Under the pieces are notes generated by a model that searched no databases, was not told the DNA's origin, and saw only the letters and a program-made list of their open reading frames with translations. This document shows, in pieces, positions 10,192 through 20,274 of a DNA stretch of 64,000 bases. Every line of letters starts with the position of its first letter. The first letter of the stretch is position 1. The translations under genes were made by a program, and so were the position numbers. The stretch lies in IMG/VR virus record IMGVR_UViG_3300046820_001270, positions 224,001 to 288,000 of that record. One strand, 5' to 3'. The DNA comes from a virus (lineage: Duplodnaviria > Caudoviricetes).

Positions 10192-10488
10192 ATGGAATAC
10201 GAAAACCTACGTTTAGACATACTAACCAAACTCATAGATGAGAGGGGAATTGTATGTAAAAACAAGAAAGATGTAATGATTGAACACCTCAAAATGGACG
10301 ATGAGGGGAAATATGTTCGTGAAACTACCTACGAAAAGTGGGAAGGTCGGTTTTTGGTGGGTATAGACCTTAAAAACGGACCTCATTTAATACAAATGGG
10401 TAAGTTAGTGGAAAAGAAAGAGGCGTCTCCTAAGGGTCTTTATGCATCAGATAGAGTATATTTTCTTTCTGGTCAAAAATTAATTTAA
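10192..10488 (+). CDS. Hypothetical protein, possible N-terminal SAP/HeH-like helical motif
   Basis: ATG 10192 chosen over the TTG at 10177, which overlaps the promoter; LTKLIDERGI...KKDVMIEHL pattern. Confidence 0.6.
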   Translation: MEYENLRLDILTKLIDERGIVCKNKKDVMIEHLKMDDEGKYVRETTYEKWEGRFLVGIDLKNGPHLIQMGKLVEKKEASPKGLYASDRVYFLSGQKLI

Positions 10489-10489
10489 A

Positions 10490-11239
10490 TTACCAAGTTC
10501 TACAAGCCCAATATCTTGGTTTCCAACGTGGACCTGGATTTGAACAATTGTGTCTCGCTCTAAATGATTTACGTCTTTTTGGGTTATTTTTTTTAATAAC
10601 CATTCTTTTACCTTTTGCAGATTTACCACCAAATCCAAAGTTTACTTTAACGACTTTACCTTTGTCGTTTTTAACATAAACTTTAAATTTCTTAACGTCT
10701 CCTTGCATAATTTTACCTAACTGAACTTTACGTCCTTGGTATTCCGCTTCATTTAACATATTGTTATATTCGAAATTAGTATTTTGTACTGAACCGTCTT
10801 CATCTTCGTAAATTAATACGGGAGTTTGTTCGTTATATTCAAATAGTCTTTCGAATTGATCTTCTGATATTTGTATTATTGTTCTTTTTTCCATATTTTC
10901 ATCGAATTTAGTCATAGTTGGTTTATTACCCTTTCCCACTTTAGGATCTTTTTTTTCAGCTCTTCTTTTTTGTGAAGTCATTGCTTTCTTTTCTTTTTTA
11001 CTGTAAGACGAAGCAACTTTAGGAGTTTCTTTAGAAACTTTTTTTGAAGGTCTACATTTTGGATATGATTTACCGTCAGCATCTTTTCTACCACACGGTG
11101 GATGTTTACCGTTTACCTTTTTACTAACATCAACCCATTTTTCTTTAAACCATCTTCTAAGGTCTTCTTTTAAAACCTCACCAGATTTAATGGATTCTTC
11201 TATATATTCTTTATCTTCTTTTGAAACGATAATTCTCAT
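10490..11239 (-). CDS. Basic modular protein, putative internal virion protein
   Basis: Start reassigned to ATG 11239, right after the upstream stop; modules LRRWFKEKWVD...PCGR...KCRP and RRKSFRARHNC...RYWAC.TW separated by xxE sites. Confidence 0.6.
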   Translation of the reverse strand: MRIIVSKEDKEYIEESIKSGEVLKEDLRRWFKEKWVDVSKKVNGKHPPCGRKDADGKSYPKCRPSKKVSKETPKVASSYSKKEKKAMTSQKRRAEKKDPKVGKGNKPTMTKFDENMEKRTIIQISEDQFERLFEYNEQTPVLIYEDEDGSVQNTNFEYNNMLNEAEYQGRKVQLGKIMQGDVKKFKVYVKNDKGKVVKVNFGFGGKSAKGKRMVIKKNNPKRRKSFRARHNCSNPGPRWKPRYWACRTW

Positions 11240-11240
11240 A

Positions 11241-11897
11241 TTATTTACATTTTCTCCAACCACCACCTTTAGATTTGTAATTTTTTGCCGCCCATCCGTT
11301 TGCATATGCTGAAGGATAAACATCAAATTTTCTTTTAGCCGCCGCTTTAGATGCTGCCCATTTTGCAGGGTCTGTAGGACAATTCTTACTCTCGTCTATT
11401 TCTTTTTCGGTAGATTCATTCTTAGGTGATTTACCTTGCTTCTTCATATTAATTGCAATTGCCGCTTGTTGAGCTGGACTACTTGCTTCGTTTGTTGGAA
11501 CACAGTTTGGTACCATTTTTCCGTTTTTCTTCTTACCACCAACTTGTTTATATCCATCCCAACATTTTTCATCAAGTTGATCTTCTTCATTCATACTAAA
11601 TTGATCCATATCAGCGGTTACATCTTCTTTATCATTACTTTTAGTTTCATTCATAAAGAAATCAAAAACTTGATCCATGTTGTTCTTTGCCTCAGATACG
11701 TGATCATCAGCCCAATCGTGACCATTCTTAATGATTTGATCTAACTCTTGTGGATCCATTTTCATCAACATCTCACATTGTCTGTGAATTTGTTGTAAAT
11801 TACTGAAAAACATGTAGTTTTCAGTTGATTGATTTTCCTTTATAATCTTAGTGATATATTTTCTAAGATCGTTTTCTTTTAGTTTAATTACTTTCAT
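11241..11897 (-). CDS. Modular protein, putative internal virion protein
   Basis: Late motif 4 nt upstream; modules HDWADDH, KCWDGY...VPNCVP, SPAQQAAIAI and FDVYPSAYANGW, several preceded by xxE. Confidence 0.6.
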   Translation of the reverse strand: MKVIKLKENDLRKYITKIIKENQSTENYMFFSNLQQIHRQCEMLMKMDPQELDQIIKNGHDWADDHVSEAKNNMDQVFDFFMNETKSNDKEDVTADMDQFSMNEEDQLDEKCWDGYKQVGGKKKNGKMVPNCVPTNEASSPAQQAAIAINMKKQGKSPKNESTEKEIDESKNCPTDPAKWAASKAAAKRKFDVYPSAYANGWAAKNYKSKGGGWRKCK

Positions 11898-11901
11898 AAT
11901 A

Positions 11902-11909
11902 TATAAATA
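11902..11909 (-). promoter_or_regulatory. Putative late promoter TATTTAT(A/T), representative of the minus-strand copies
   Basis: Reverse-complement copies at 5698, 11902, 13306, 17449, 22061, 25058, 27792, 37787, each 3-15 nt upstream of a minus-strand ATG. Confidence 0.7.
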
Positions 11910-11912
11910 GTT

Positions 11913-13295
11913 TTATTTTTCAGACAATATTTCAAACTTAATTGATTCGTTATAATAAATCTCCTCAGTATGTGTTTTTGCTTTAATTTCTAAATGGTAC
12001 TCTCTCGGAATATAGTTATTTGTATCAAAATAGAATGAGTTTTCATTAGTCTTATCTAACAATGTCCAATCATGTACATTGACATCAACTGTTCCTTCCT
12101 TAATATATAATCTATAATAAACCTCATCAAATAACACTGATTTTGGTACATCTAAAGATTTAATTGTTACAATTACTTTTCTAACATCACCTTGTTTAAT
12201 TTTCTCACCTTGTTTAATGCCAAAGTATTGAATTTTATAACGTTGTAATTCTGTTTGATTTTCCCCGATTGTATATTGTGATGTAAATGGTTTCGGTACA
12301 AATTTTTGTCTAATGTCCTCAATTTCAATACCGTCAATTGATAAATCAGTCCAACGATCGTAGAAAAAACGTTTACCATCACATAAATTACCATCAATAC
12401 CTAAGGTTACTCTATAAACACCCTTTTTAACATGAGATACTGATTGTAGATTGTTTAAACCACTTATAACCGTTCCCGTTGAGTCTAAAATATCAACTCT
12501 TGGAACTGTATCTAAATTATAAAAATTAGTTCCTTTAGTTACGTATAAATAAAGATGGTTATCCACACCTGCCGCGAAATTCAACCTATTATCGTCTATT
12601 CTATCATTTACATATGTCTCAACATATGGTTCAAAGAACGTTTGTGTATATTTTGTAAAAAATGAAACTGATTGTTCAAACATAGGTGTTAAATCTTGGA
12701 AAGGAACCGAAAACGCCAATCCAAGTCCTTTTAAATTTCCTAATGTGTTCCATTGTAACATATCATTAATATATGAGGTGATATCAACATTAATATCTTC
12801 ATTACCGTTATCAAAATGGATAGTTTCAATAATTGTTGGGTTTTCGGCATATATACCTGATGTAGACCAACTATTTAATGTAGTCCTATCGTACCAAGTT
12901 GATGGTCTTTGATCAAATACTTTTTCACCGTTTAATGTATCGGCGTTAGTATTAACATAATCAAATCCAACTCCTTCATCCCAATATTCACCAATTTCAA
13001 ATAAAATTAAATCAAATGATGTTGCTCTATCTCTACCGGTCGATCTTAATTGACCTTTAAATGCCTCATCCCCAAAAATACAGTTGGTTAAATGTAAAGT
13101 ATGTGTGATATTAGTAAGATTAGAAAATTCACCAGTATTAAATTTATTAATTAAATCTGTAAAATCTACTTTAAATATGAATTTAGAAAACCCACCACCA
13201 TAATAGATCTCAGTTGTAGGGTTTTTAGCCGTATTAACCTGAGAATTCTTTATAATTGTGTTGTTCTTCTCAAAATAGGAACGTATATATGACAT
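11913..13295 (-). CDS. Putative virion structural protein, beta-rich
   Basis: 460 aa, late motif upstream, aromatic/beta-strand rich (WDEGVGFDY), adjacent to the baseplate spike gene. Confidence 0.45.
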   Translation of the reverse strand: MSYIRSYFEKNNTIIKNSQVNTAKNPTTEIYYGGGFSKFIFKVDFTDLINKFNTGEFSNLTNITHTLHLTNCIFGDEAFKGQLRSTGRDRATSFDLILFEIGEYWDEGVGFDYVNTNADTLNGEKVFDQRPSTWYDRTTLNSWSTSGIYAENPTIIETIHFDNGNEDINVDITSYINDMLQWNTLGNLKGLGLAFSVPFQDLTPMFEQSVSFFTKYTQTFFEPYVETYVNDRIDDNRLNFAAGVDNHLYLYVTKGTNFYNLDTVPRVDILDSTGTVISGLNNLQSVSHVKKGVYRVTLGIDGNLCDGKRFFYDRWTDLSIDGIEIEDIRQKFVPKPFTSQYTIGENQTELQRYKIQYFGIKQGEKIKQGDVRKVIVTIKSLDVPKSVLFDEVYYRLYIKEGTVDVNVHDWTLLDKTNENSFYFDTNNYIPREYHLEIKAKTHTEEIYYNESIKFEILSEK

Positions 13296-13318
13296 CTTTT
13301 TTATTAATAAATATCAAA

Positions 13319-14866
13319 TTAGTTGATTCTAATCGATTTATTTAATATATCATTTTCAATCGTTTTTAAAAGTTCTTTTAATTGATTACCCTCATTATAA
13401 TCATATTGACCTGAAATTGACATTAATGGATTATGTCTATGTGTAAAAATTACTTCAATCATCTTATTAAGTAAGTTTAATAAGTTTTCCCCTCTTACCG
13501 TGGAGAATGTGGCTGGTTCAATCTTTTTAATATAATCTTGTTGTGTTAACTCATACCCATTTAAATCAAAAAACGGTACTGGATTATTAGATTCATTTGT
13601 ACCTAAATCGGTAGACAATAAATAAAACTTATCGGCCATTATTGCTCCAAACGTTTGTTCAGGACTATTAGGGTCAATTTTAACTCTTTCTTCAATTGAC
13701 TCAACCTCTTTAATTTCATTTTTTGCTTTAGTTTCTGACCATATCAAACCGCTAGATGGTCCAACCCTTAAAACATTTACATTATTTAATATTGTTTGTC
13801 TATTATCTCTTTCTTCTTGAGTGCTTAAAGAATCTGTTTTAAATTTTTTGGTAGGTCTAAAATAAAAAGGATGCATGTCATCCATGTATTGTGATAAATT
13901 ATAATTTTCATCTAAACCAAATAACCCTTTTTCGTGTAATATAAAAATATTATCTCTTATATCTTTATAAATGTCATTTATGGAATTTACTGTGGTTGTT
14001 AATGTTGGTGTTGTTTGTGTATCGTCTAAATTAATTAATTTTATTAATGAAGATGTTGCATATGAATGCTCAGTAAAATAATTACTTTTAAACTCGTCCC
14101 CAAAAGGAGTGATAACTTTATAGACAAATAGTCTTATTGTTGCAGGAGATTCATCAGACACATTTTTTAATCCACCTTCTTTATATACCTCATACTCGAC
14201 AATATATTTAATATCTTTATTTTCACTTACATTATTTTTAACAACGACCTCCTCTATTGTCATCTTTTTAGGGAATTTTTTAAGATATAACCTAGATGAT
14301 TTTTTAGCCATTATTGGATAATCTATTAAAACCGCTTTGTTCGACGCACTTGCGGCACCTTTAGATAATAACTTACCACTTCTTAATTGTAACCCATTTT
14401 CGGTAAATAATATATCTGAATTATTTTTACCATATATTGCAAAATCTTTTTCTTTTGCAAATGTATTTTCAGATTTTTTATTAATGTACTTACCCCCAAT
14501 ATTATTTCTTATGTTTGGTTTATGTAAAACACTAACACCATAAGTTGTATTTGCCACTTGTTGTGAAAATGTTTGACCGTTATAATCATACATTGTTGTA
14601 AATGGACCCGCAATATATTCAACATTTACAGTATCTTTATCCGTATTATATTGAATGATTTTTACCGATTGATTTATTTCAGGAATAAAATTAATGTTAT
14701 TTGGTAAAAATGGATTTGCAATAAATAAATCCCTGTCACTCCAAGGTTCATAATCTATAGCCTTTTCTCTTTGACCTGGCATTTCGTTATAACGAATAAC
14801 TCGTATTCTACCAATTCCTAACGGATCAACATTATCTACACATTTACCAATATCTATTATTTTCAT
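13319..14866 (-). CDS. Baseplate central spike (gp5/VgrG-like OB-fold)
   Basis: N-terminal DNVDPLGIGRIRV...FIPEINQSVKII OB-fold pattern and C-terminal THRH tip motif; no lysozyme domain recognised. Confidence 0.65.
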   Translation of the reverse strand: MKIIDIGKCVDNVDPLGIGRIRVIRYNEMPGQREKAIDYEPWSDRDLFIANPFLPNNINFIPEINQSVKIIQYNTDKDTVNVEYIAGPFTTMYDYNGQTFSQQVANTTYGVSVLHKPNIRNNIGGKYINKKSENTFAKEKDFAIYGKNNSDILFTENGLQLRSGKLLSKGAASASNKAVLIDYPIMAKKSSRLYLKKFPKKMTIEEVVVKNNVSENKDIKYIVEYEVYKEGGLKNVSDESPATIRLFVYKVITPFGDEFKSNYFTEHSYATSSLIKLINLDDTQTTPTLTTTVNSINDIYKDIRDNIFILHEKGLFGLDENYNLSQYMDDMHPFYFRPTKKFKTDSLSTQEERDNRQTILNNVNVLRVGPSSGLIWSETKAKNEIKEVESIEERVKIDPNSPEQTFGAIMADKFYLLSTDLGTNESNNPVPFFDLNGYELTQQDYIKKIEPATFSTVRGENLLNLLNKMIEVIFTHRHNPLMSISGQYDYNEGNQLKELLKTIENDILNKSIRIN

Positions 14867-15066
14867 TTCCCCGTATATCTTTTTTCAATTTCTTTATTAA
14901 CCTTATTATATAAACTCTCAACACCATCTAAATGACGTGTTAAATCAATAATTAATTCTTTTGTTTTTTCAAATTCCTCTAATAATTCATCTGCAACAAT
15001 GAGTAAATCTTTATTAGATTTATTTTGTACATCGTTTGCTATTTCAATTAATTTTTTACTTTCCAT
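14863..15066 (-). CDS. Small coiled-coil hypothetical protein
   Basis: 67-aa ORF tightly packed in the operon. Confidence 0.6.
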   Translation of the reverse strand: MESKKLIEIANDVQNKSNKDLLIVADELLEEFEKTKELIIDLTRHLDGVESLYNKVNKEIEKRYTGK

Positions 15067-15070
15067 ATTA

Positions 15071-17068
15071 TTAGTTTTTCATCAATGCACCTGACATAAC
15101 TTGACCAGGTAAAATAATATCTCCTTTTAAAGAAATCATTTTTTTATTTGTTGATAAAAATGGTGTAACTGCCAAATTATCCGCCATTCCTTCTACATGT
15201 GCTGCGGTTGATAATACGTGATAATTCGCTTCTCCATTAACATCACCTGTTGGTATTCCCATATTTTGCATCTTTTCAGTTATGTCCATACTTGTTTTAA
15301 CCGCACTAAATCCAGGTAATTTATCCGCCAACAATAATAAACTTGCAGGTATGTTACCACCACCCGAAGCATTTAATGCACCACTAATTGCAGCACCAAT
15401 CGCAGCAATTAACGCGGCACAACTATCTAAACCATTTTCTAATATTTGTTTTAATAAAGCAATTAATGCAGATATAACCAAATAGTATCTTTTTAACTTA
15501 TCTCTTAATATTTTTCGTATGATTTTAATTAAAAAGTTTTTAAGGTCGGCTTTAACTCTCTTCCAAAATTCTCTAATAAATTTCCAAAACAACTCTTGTA
15601 TTGTACATAAAAATATATTCTTAAGTTTTTTTAATAATTCTTTTGCATCCATAACGAGATTTTTAGCTAAAGCATTAAATTGTTTATAAATTATTACAAT
15701 AGGTAAAAACATTTTAGGTGATATAATACTCATTACTAACGCCTTAGGAATATTAATAATAAATGATAAATTTAAAGATATTTTAAAACTTGGTAAATCA
15801 ATTGAAAAATCAGATTGTTCATATGCATCGGATGCCGATTTGTCTAATACACCGTCTATCCACGTTCTTCTGTCTTTTTTAGATTCTAAATAAATAAAAT
15901 CTTCCATATGTACCGTATTGTACGGAACTTCATAATTATTACAATCAACAAATCTTAAAACCTTCCTTCTTCTTGCATCCTCTTCCTCTAAATCAATACC
16001 CTCAACATCATCAAAATCAAAATAAAAATCATCATCAGATTCTTCATCATGAAATAAATTTGTTGGGGTTGATCCTGTAACCGGACCGTTATTACAGAAT
16101 GCAAATATTTTACTTAACATTCTTTCCAAATTGTTTATTGCCTCATCTAAAGATGGTGCAAAATCTAATGGGTTTTCCATACCACTAAAAGAACCTCCAG
16201 CACTAATACCTGTTTTATCCGCCGTAACACTACAAGCCTTTAAAGTCATTAACATGGCCTTTTTAATAATTTCATTCAAGTCAGGCATTTCTATACTTGA
16301 GTAGTAGTCGTTAAAAAAATCACCGACATTTACGTTACCATAAGTAATATTTCCCCCATTAATTGTGGGTTGAGTTAAACCTGTAATATAGAATCTTTGT
16401 TGATCAACTTGCCAAGTAGAATTAAATAATGTTTTATTACTCGGTGTATCAAATTGAAACTGATTACCTATTGATGTTGTTGTACCCCCACTAATAAAAG
16501 TTTGATACATTTGATAGTTGGGTTGTACATAAAGTCCGTTTCTTTTTTTCGGATTTTCATACATTATTTTACCGTAATCACTATCAGGAGGAACTTTAAA
16601 CATTCCTAAAAAATCAATTTCTTTTGGATATATGTAAACCTCATCTCTTTCTTTAGTTCCACCCATAAATTGGTCGGTTCCACAAATACCATCGTTAGCA
16701 AAAAAGGCATTTTTAACACAATCCATTAATATTTGTTTTGCAGAGTTTTTAGTAATCTCCACCGAATCTAATACGTGTTGTCTAAGTCTTTGAGTTGATT
16801 GAAACCTATCAGGATCATTCACTGTTCGTCCAGACTCTAAAAATTTATTAACAACACCTATTACCTCCTCAAATATATTTTTATTATTTAATTTTTTCTT
16901 TTTTTTGTTAGCCAACTTTGATTTAAGTTGTTCTAATTTTGCATTTAAATTTGGGAGTTTCTTTTCAAATTTTTTAAGTGTATCTTCAGGATCCAAACCA
17001 AAATTTAGGTTTGCGTTATCTACCGTTTTTTGAATAATGTCAATTTGGGTCTTTATTTTCTCAAACAT
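15071..17068 (-). CDS. Large hypothetical protein, possibly baseplate-associated
   Basis: 665-aa ORF in late operon upstream of spike; hydrophobic/amphipathic helices in the C-terminal third. Confidence 0.55.
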   Translation of the reverse strand: MFEKIKTQIDIIQKTVDNANLNFGLDPEDTLKKFEKKLPNLNAKLEQLKSKLANKKKKKLNNKNIFEEVIGVVNKFLESGRTVNDPDRFQSTQRLRQHVLDSVEITKNSAKQILMDCVKNAFFANDGICGTDQFMGGTKERDEVYIYPKEIDFLGMFKVPPDSDYGKIMYENPKKRNGLYVQPNYQMYQTFISGGTTTSIGNQFQFDTPSNKTLFNSTWQVDQQRFYITGLTQPTINGGNITYGNVNVGDFFNDYYSSIEMPDLNEIIKKAMLMTLKACSVTADKTGISAGGSFSGMENPLDFAPSLDEAINNLERMLSKIFAFCNNGPVTGSTPTNLFHDEESDDDFYFDFDDVEGIDLEEEDARRRKVLRFVDCNNYEVPYNTVHMEDFIYLESKKDRRTWIDGVLDKSASDAYEQSDFSIDLPSFKISLNLSFIINIPKALVMSIISPKMFLPIVIIYKQFNALAKNLVMDAKELLKKLKNIFLCTIQELFWKFIREFWKRVKADLKNFLIKIIRKILRDKLKRYYLVISALIALLKQILENGLDSCAALIAAIGAAISGALNASGGGNIPASLLLLADKLPGFSAVKTSMDITEKMQNMGIPTGDVNGEANYHVLSTAAHVEGMADNLAVTPFLSTNKKMISLKGDIILPGQVMSGALMKN

Positions 17069-17445
17069 TATAATGAATAGTTAGTTGATTTATTGTCGTT
17101 TCCGTCATTAACCAATCTATCCAAAATCTCACGATCTTCGTCAGATAAAGTCAATTTACCCATAGAACCTCCACCACCAGGTCCGCCAGTGGTTTGTTTA
17201 AGTAAAACACTTTGTAATTTAACTAATGAAATCTTCTTCTCGGTACAATCGTTAAGGATCTTCTGTTGTTCTTTAATAACAGGACCAATTGTACTCATGT
17301 CTTCTGCGTCCTTCATAAAACTCATCATTTTTCTCAAAATGGTTGAGGCAGTGTTTCTATTCTCAACGACATCGTTGTAGATCTCCTGCATTAAGGCTAA
17401 CGCCGAATCAACATCTAATGTAATATTGTTTCTTTGTGTTCTCAT
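17068..17445 (-). CDS. Helical hypothetical protein, candidate terminase small subunit
   Basis: Late motif 3 nt upstream; two-helix core IGPVIKEQQKILNDCTEKKISLVK loosely like gp16 oligomerisation helices. Confidence 0.3.
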   Translation of the reverse strand: MRTQRNNITLDVDSALALMQEIYNDVVENRNTASTILRKMMSFMKDAEDMSTIGPVIKEQQKILNDCTEKKISLVKLQSVLLKQTTGGPGGGGSMGKLTLSDEDREILDRLVNDGNDNKSTNYSL

Positions 17446-17459
17446 ATCAATAAATAGAT

Positions 17460-18161
17460 TTATTCTAAAAACCCACCCAAAATACCGTCATATAGTTTTT
17501 TATAACGTTTAAGGGAGACTCTAATCTCTTTTGTTGATAAGGAGGTCATTTCTCGTAAAGAGAGTAAAATGAGATTCTTATTGAATTTATTCCCGTCACC
17601 TACTTGAAAAATCTTATCGAAGTTTCCAAAGATTTCCAATAACGCATAACCTAATTTTCTTTCGTTATCAGATAAGTTTTTCTCTTTTTCTACAAAATTT
17701 TCTAAATCTACGGTAAGTTTTACAATTACAGATGCATAATCAACAATGTGCTCATCGATAACAAATGACAATTTTGGATCATCTTCAAAATCTGAAGAAA
17801 TATCGTCATATGATACTTGTCTATTTTGTTCTTTAGTATCTTTCTGTATTGCTCCCATAAGGTAGTTTTTACAGATCGTACCAAAGTAAGAATAAGCTTT
17901 AGTATTTTTTGTGTGATCAAACTTGTTGATCTTGGTTATAAGAAAAGACATAGTGTCTGTATGAATCTCTTCAAATTCCATGTCTTTTCTATAAAGTTTA
18001 TAACGTCGAATAATTGATTCGACCATTATAATTAGGGGTTCTCGTAAATATTCGTTGAATATCTTGTTTTTTTCTGCTTCATCAGTACTTTCTAAGTAAT
18101 TGACTACCGCCTTCTCTTGATCCTCCCCAAAATATATTTTTTGGGTTCTTGGTCTTGGCAT
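17460..18161 (-). CDS. Phage sigma factor, gp55-like late sigma
   Basis: Sigma region-2-like KINKFDHTKNTKAYSYFGTICKNY resembles the gp55-family KFD...AFAYFT pattern; no obvious region 4. Confidence 0.65.
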   Translation of the reverse strand: MPRPRTQKIYFGEDQEKAVVNYLESTDEAEKNKIFNEYLREPLIIMVESIIRRYKLYRKDMEFEEIHTDTMSFLITKINKFDHTKNTKAYSYFGTICKNYLMGAIQKDTKEQNRQVSYDDISSDFEDDPKLSFVIDEHIVDYASVIVKLTVDLENFVEKEKNLSDNERKLGYALLEIFGNFDKIFQVGDGNKFNKNLILLSLREMTSLSTKEIRVSLKRYKKLYDGILGGFLE

Positions 18162-18940
18162 TAAGCTATTTCATAATTTACGTCTCGTTTATTTTTAAAG
18201 AAAAATTCTTTCTTCGCGGTCTCCAACCAAAACTTAGCTTCGTCTTCAGTAAGTTTATTAGTATCGTCATTTTTATATAACCAAAATAATGAATCTTCTC
18301 TGAAATTTAAGTGTTGGTATCCTACTTGAGGAACTGTCATAATTTTAACATTATTATGTGTTAATCTTAAAAGAAACTCATATCCAAATGTTAATTTAAT
18401 ATTTTCTTTTAATGAACCGTTATCTTTAATAACTTGTGTTTTATATAAACCTCCACTAATTTGATAGTTTTGAAAATCTAATAAAACTTCATTATCCAAA
18501 AATCCTTGTTTTTCTGTGAACCCGTAAGCCCATGTTGATTCATTTGTAAAACTTACAAATTTACCTTCATTGTTAATATCTTTTACTACAGGTAAAAAAA
18601 CATCAACATCGTTATATTTCTTTTTATATTGATCGATAGATTTTAACCAAATAGGTTTATACTCATCATCAACCTCCAAAATACTAAACCATTCAGTATC
18701 ACATTTTTCAATACCCAAATTGATTTGTGAACAAAAATCTGTTTTACCATTATTTGCCACAATATTAATTTCTAATAATTCAGATAAATTAGATAATTCA
18801 TTTTTAATTGACGGAGGACAAACAACTATCAATTTAACATCTTCGTAAAATTGTTCTACGGATTTAATTGAGTTATCCAACATTACACGATAACTGTCTT
18901 CAATTCTATGTACAGGTAAAATTACTGTTATATTTTTCAT
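18161..18940 (-). CDS. Glycosyltransferase, GT-A/GT2 family
   Basis: ITVILPVH...SIKSV, QINLGI, ILEVDDEY (DxD-like) and ISGGLY patterns. Confidence 0.8.
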   Translation of the reverse strand: MKNITVILPVHRIEDSYRVMLDNSIKSVEQFYEDVKLIVVCPPSIKNELSNLSELLEINIVANNGKTDFCSQINLGIEKCDTEWFSILEVDDEYKPIWLKSIDQYKKKYNDVDVFLPVVKDINNEGKFVSFTNESTWAYGFTEKQGFLDNEVLLDFQNYQISGGLYKTQVIKDNGSLKENIKLTFGYEFLLRLTHNNVKIMTVPQVGYQHLNFREDSLFWLYKNDDTNKLTEDEAKFWLETAKKEFFFKNKRDVNYEIA

Positions 18941-18941
18941 A

Positions 18942-19997
18942 TTATTCTTGTTCTTTTTTTAGATTTTCTAATGCCTTTGTAAATGTTTCAACTCTTTTAT
19001 TTGTAAATGAATTGAAAATTGATAAGATATTATTTTTAGTTATTTCAGTTTCGTATGGTAATAAAGTATCTTTCATTTTTTGTTTAACCTCATCAGTTAA
19101 TTCAACACCATCTAACCACGCTAAAACATATGTTCCTAAAATGTCAACTAATTTATTTTCGTCATATGTCCACATTCCATTTTCAGTTAACCAGTCAGGT
19201 TCTGTACTTGGTATTTTACCTATCACAGGAACATTAGATTTCATAGATTCTAATGGAAACGTACCAAACGTTGACTCATCATCTATCCACAATGAAACCA
19301 TACATTCTTTTAAACCTTCAGAAAATTCTTCGTATGACATTTGAACCATATCTCTAAAAGTAATCCAACGTAAATGTGGATACTTTATATAGAACTCAGA
19401 AATTATTTTTCTATGTTTAACTCTATCTCTACAACTAATTGCAATGTAAGGTTTTACAATATCTTCAATCTGTTTAAAATTATCACCAATAATTGGAGGT
19501 ACAATGTGAACTAAAATTTCAGGGAATAATTCTTGAATGTATTTTTTAGATGCTTCCGTTGTGGTAATAACTCTATCAATTCCATAATCACTCCAACGAC
19601 TACCAACAGGTAATGTTTCAAAAATATATTCTTTTTGTTGTACTAACATAACTTTAGTACATCTTACATTAGCCAATTGTTGTAAGACATTTGAATAATA
19701 TTCAGGAACAACAATAACGTCATCAATTAAAATATTAATTTTATCTTCTTTAATTGAAACAAGTTCTAAAACATCATATTTTTCACCTAACCATTCAGGT
19801 TTAGTGTATGACTTATCTTCTGTTAAAATTTTTGGATTTGATCCATTTTCTTTTAATGTTAAAGCCATATCGTAGATATGTTTTATTGCTGCTCTAGCAT
19901 TGTTTTTAGTGTCGTACGTTAAAAAATATATAACGTTCTCTTTTGTTTCTAACCTTCCTAAGGCTGATTCAAGTTTTTCTATGTTTTCTTTACTCAT
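18942..19997 (-). CDS. Glycosyltransferase, GT-B fold
   Basis: IVVPEYY and ESTFGTFPLESMKSNVPVIG (E-x-FG-x-P-LE-x-M motif). Confidence 0.75.
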   Translation of the reverse strand: MSKENIEKLESALGRLETKENVIYFLTYDTKNNARAAIKHIYDMALTLKENGSNPKILTEDKSYTKPEWLGEKYDVLELVSIKEDKINILIDDVIVVPEYYSNVLQQLANVRCTKVMLVQQKEYIFETLPVGSRWSDYGIDRVITTTEASKKYIQELFPEILVHIVPPIIGDNFKQIEDIVKPYIAISCRDRVKHRKIISEFYIKYPHLRWITFRDMVQMSYEEFSEGLKECMVSLWIDDESTFGTFPLESMKSNVPVIGKIPSTEPDWLTENGMWTYDENKLVDILGTYVLAWLDGVELTDEVKQKMKDTLLPYETEITKNNILSIFNSFTNKRVETFTKALENLKKEQE

Positions 19998-20274
19998 CTT
20001 CGTCTTCTATTAAAATTTGATTTTTTATTAATGTGTTAAATGCAATTCTGAAAGATACTGATGTTCCTTCTTGTGCAAATTTCCCGAGTTCTTCATCTAC
20101 GTCGTCAATTTCACCTAAAACTCTATCCAAACACATTTTTATAATTTCGTATTTGAATATGTTTACCTCAGTTACTTCTGTTCCGTCTTCGTCTGGGATT
20201 GTTCCTCCTGTTCTACATTTTTCTGTGATTCCATCAAGGTCAATGTAGTAGTTTTTTCCAAAGATTTCAACCAT
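19990..20274 (-). CDS. Hypothetical protein
   Basis: 94-aa acidic ORF in operon. Confidence 0.6.
   Translation of the reverse strand: MVEIFGKNYYIDLDGITEKCRTGGTIPDEDGTEVTEVNIFKYEIIKMCLDRVLGEIDDVDEELGKFAQEGTSVSFRIAFNTLIKNQILIEDEDE

Noticed and set aside
18868-19344. 158-aa plus-strand ORF, and similar ones such as 24456-24950, 47168-47554, 59754-60164 and 41698-41916
   Set aside because: Antisense to well-supported genes or spanning promoter DNA; no recognisable motifs
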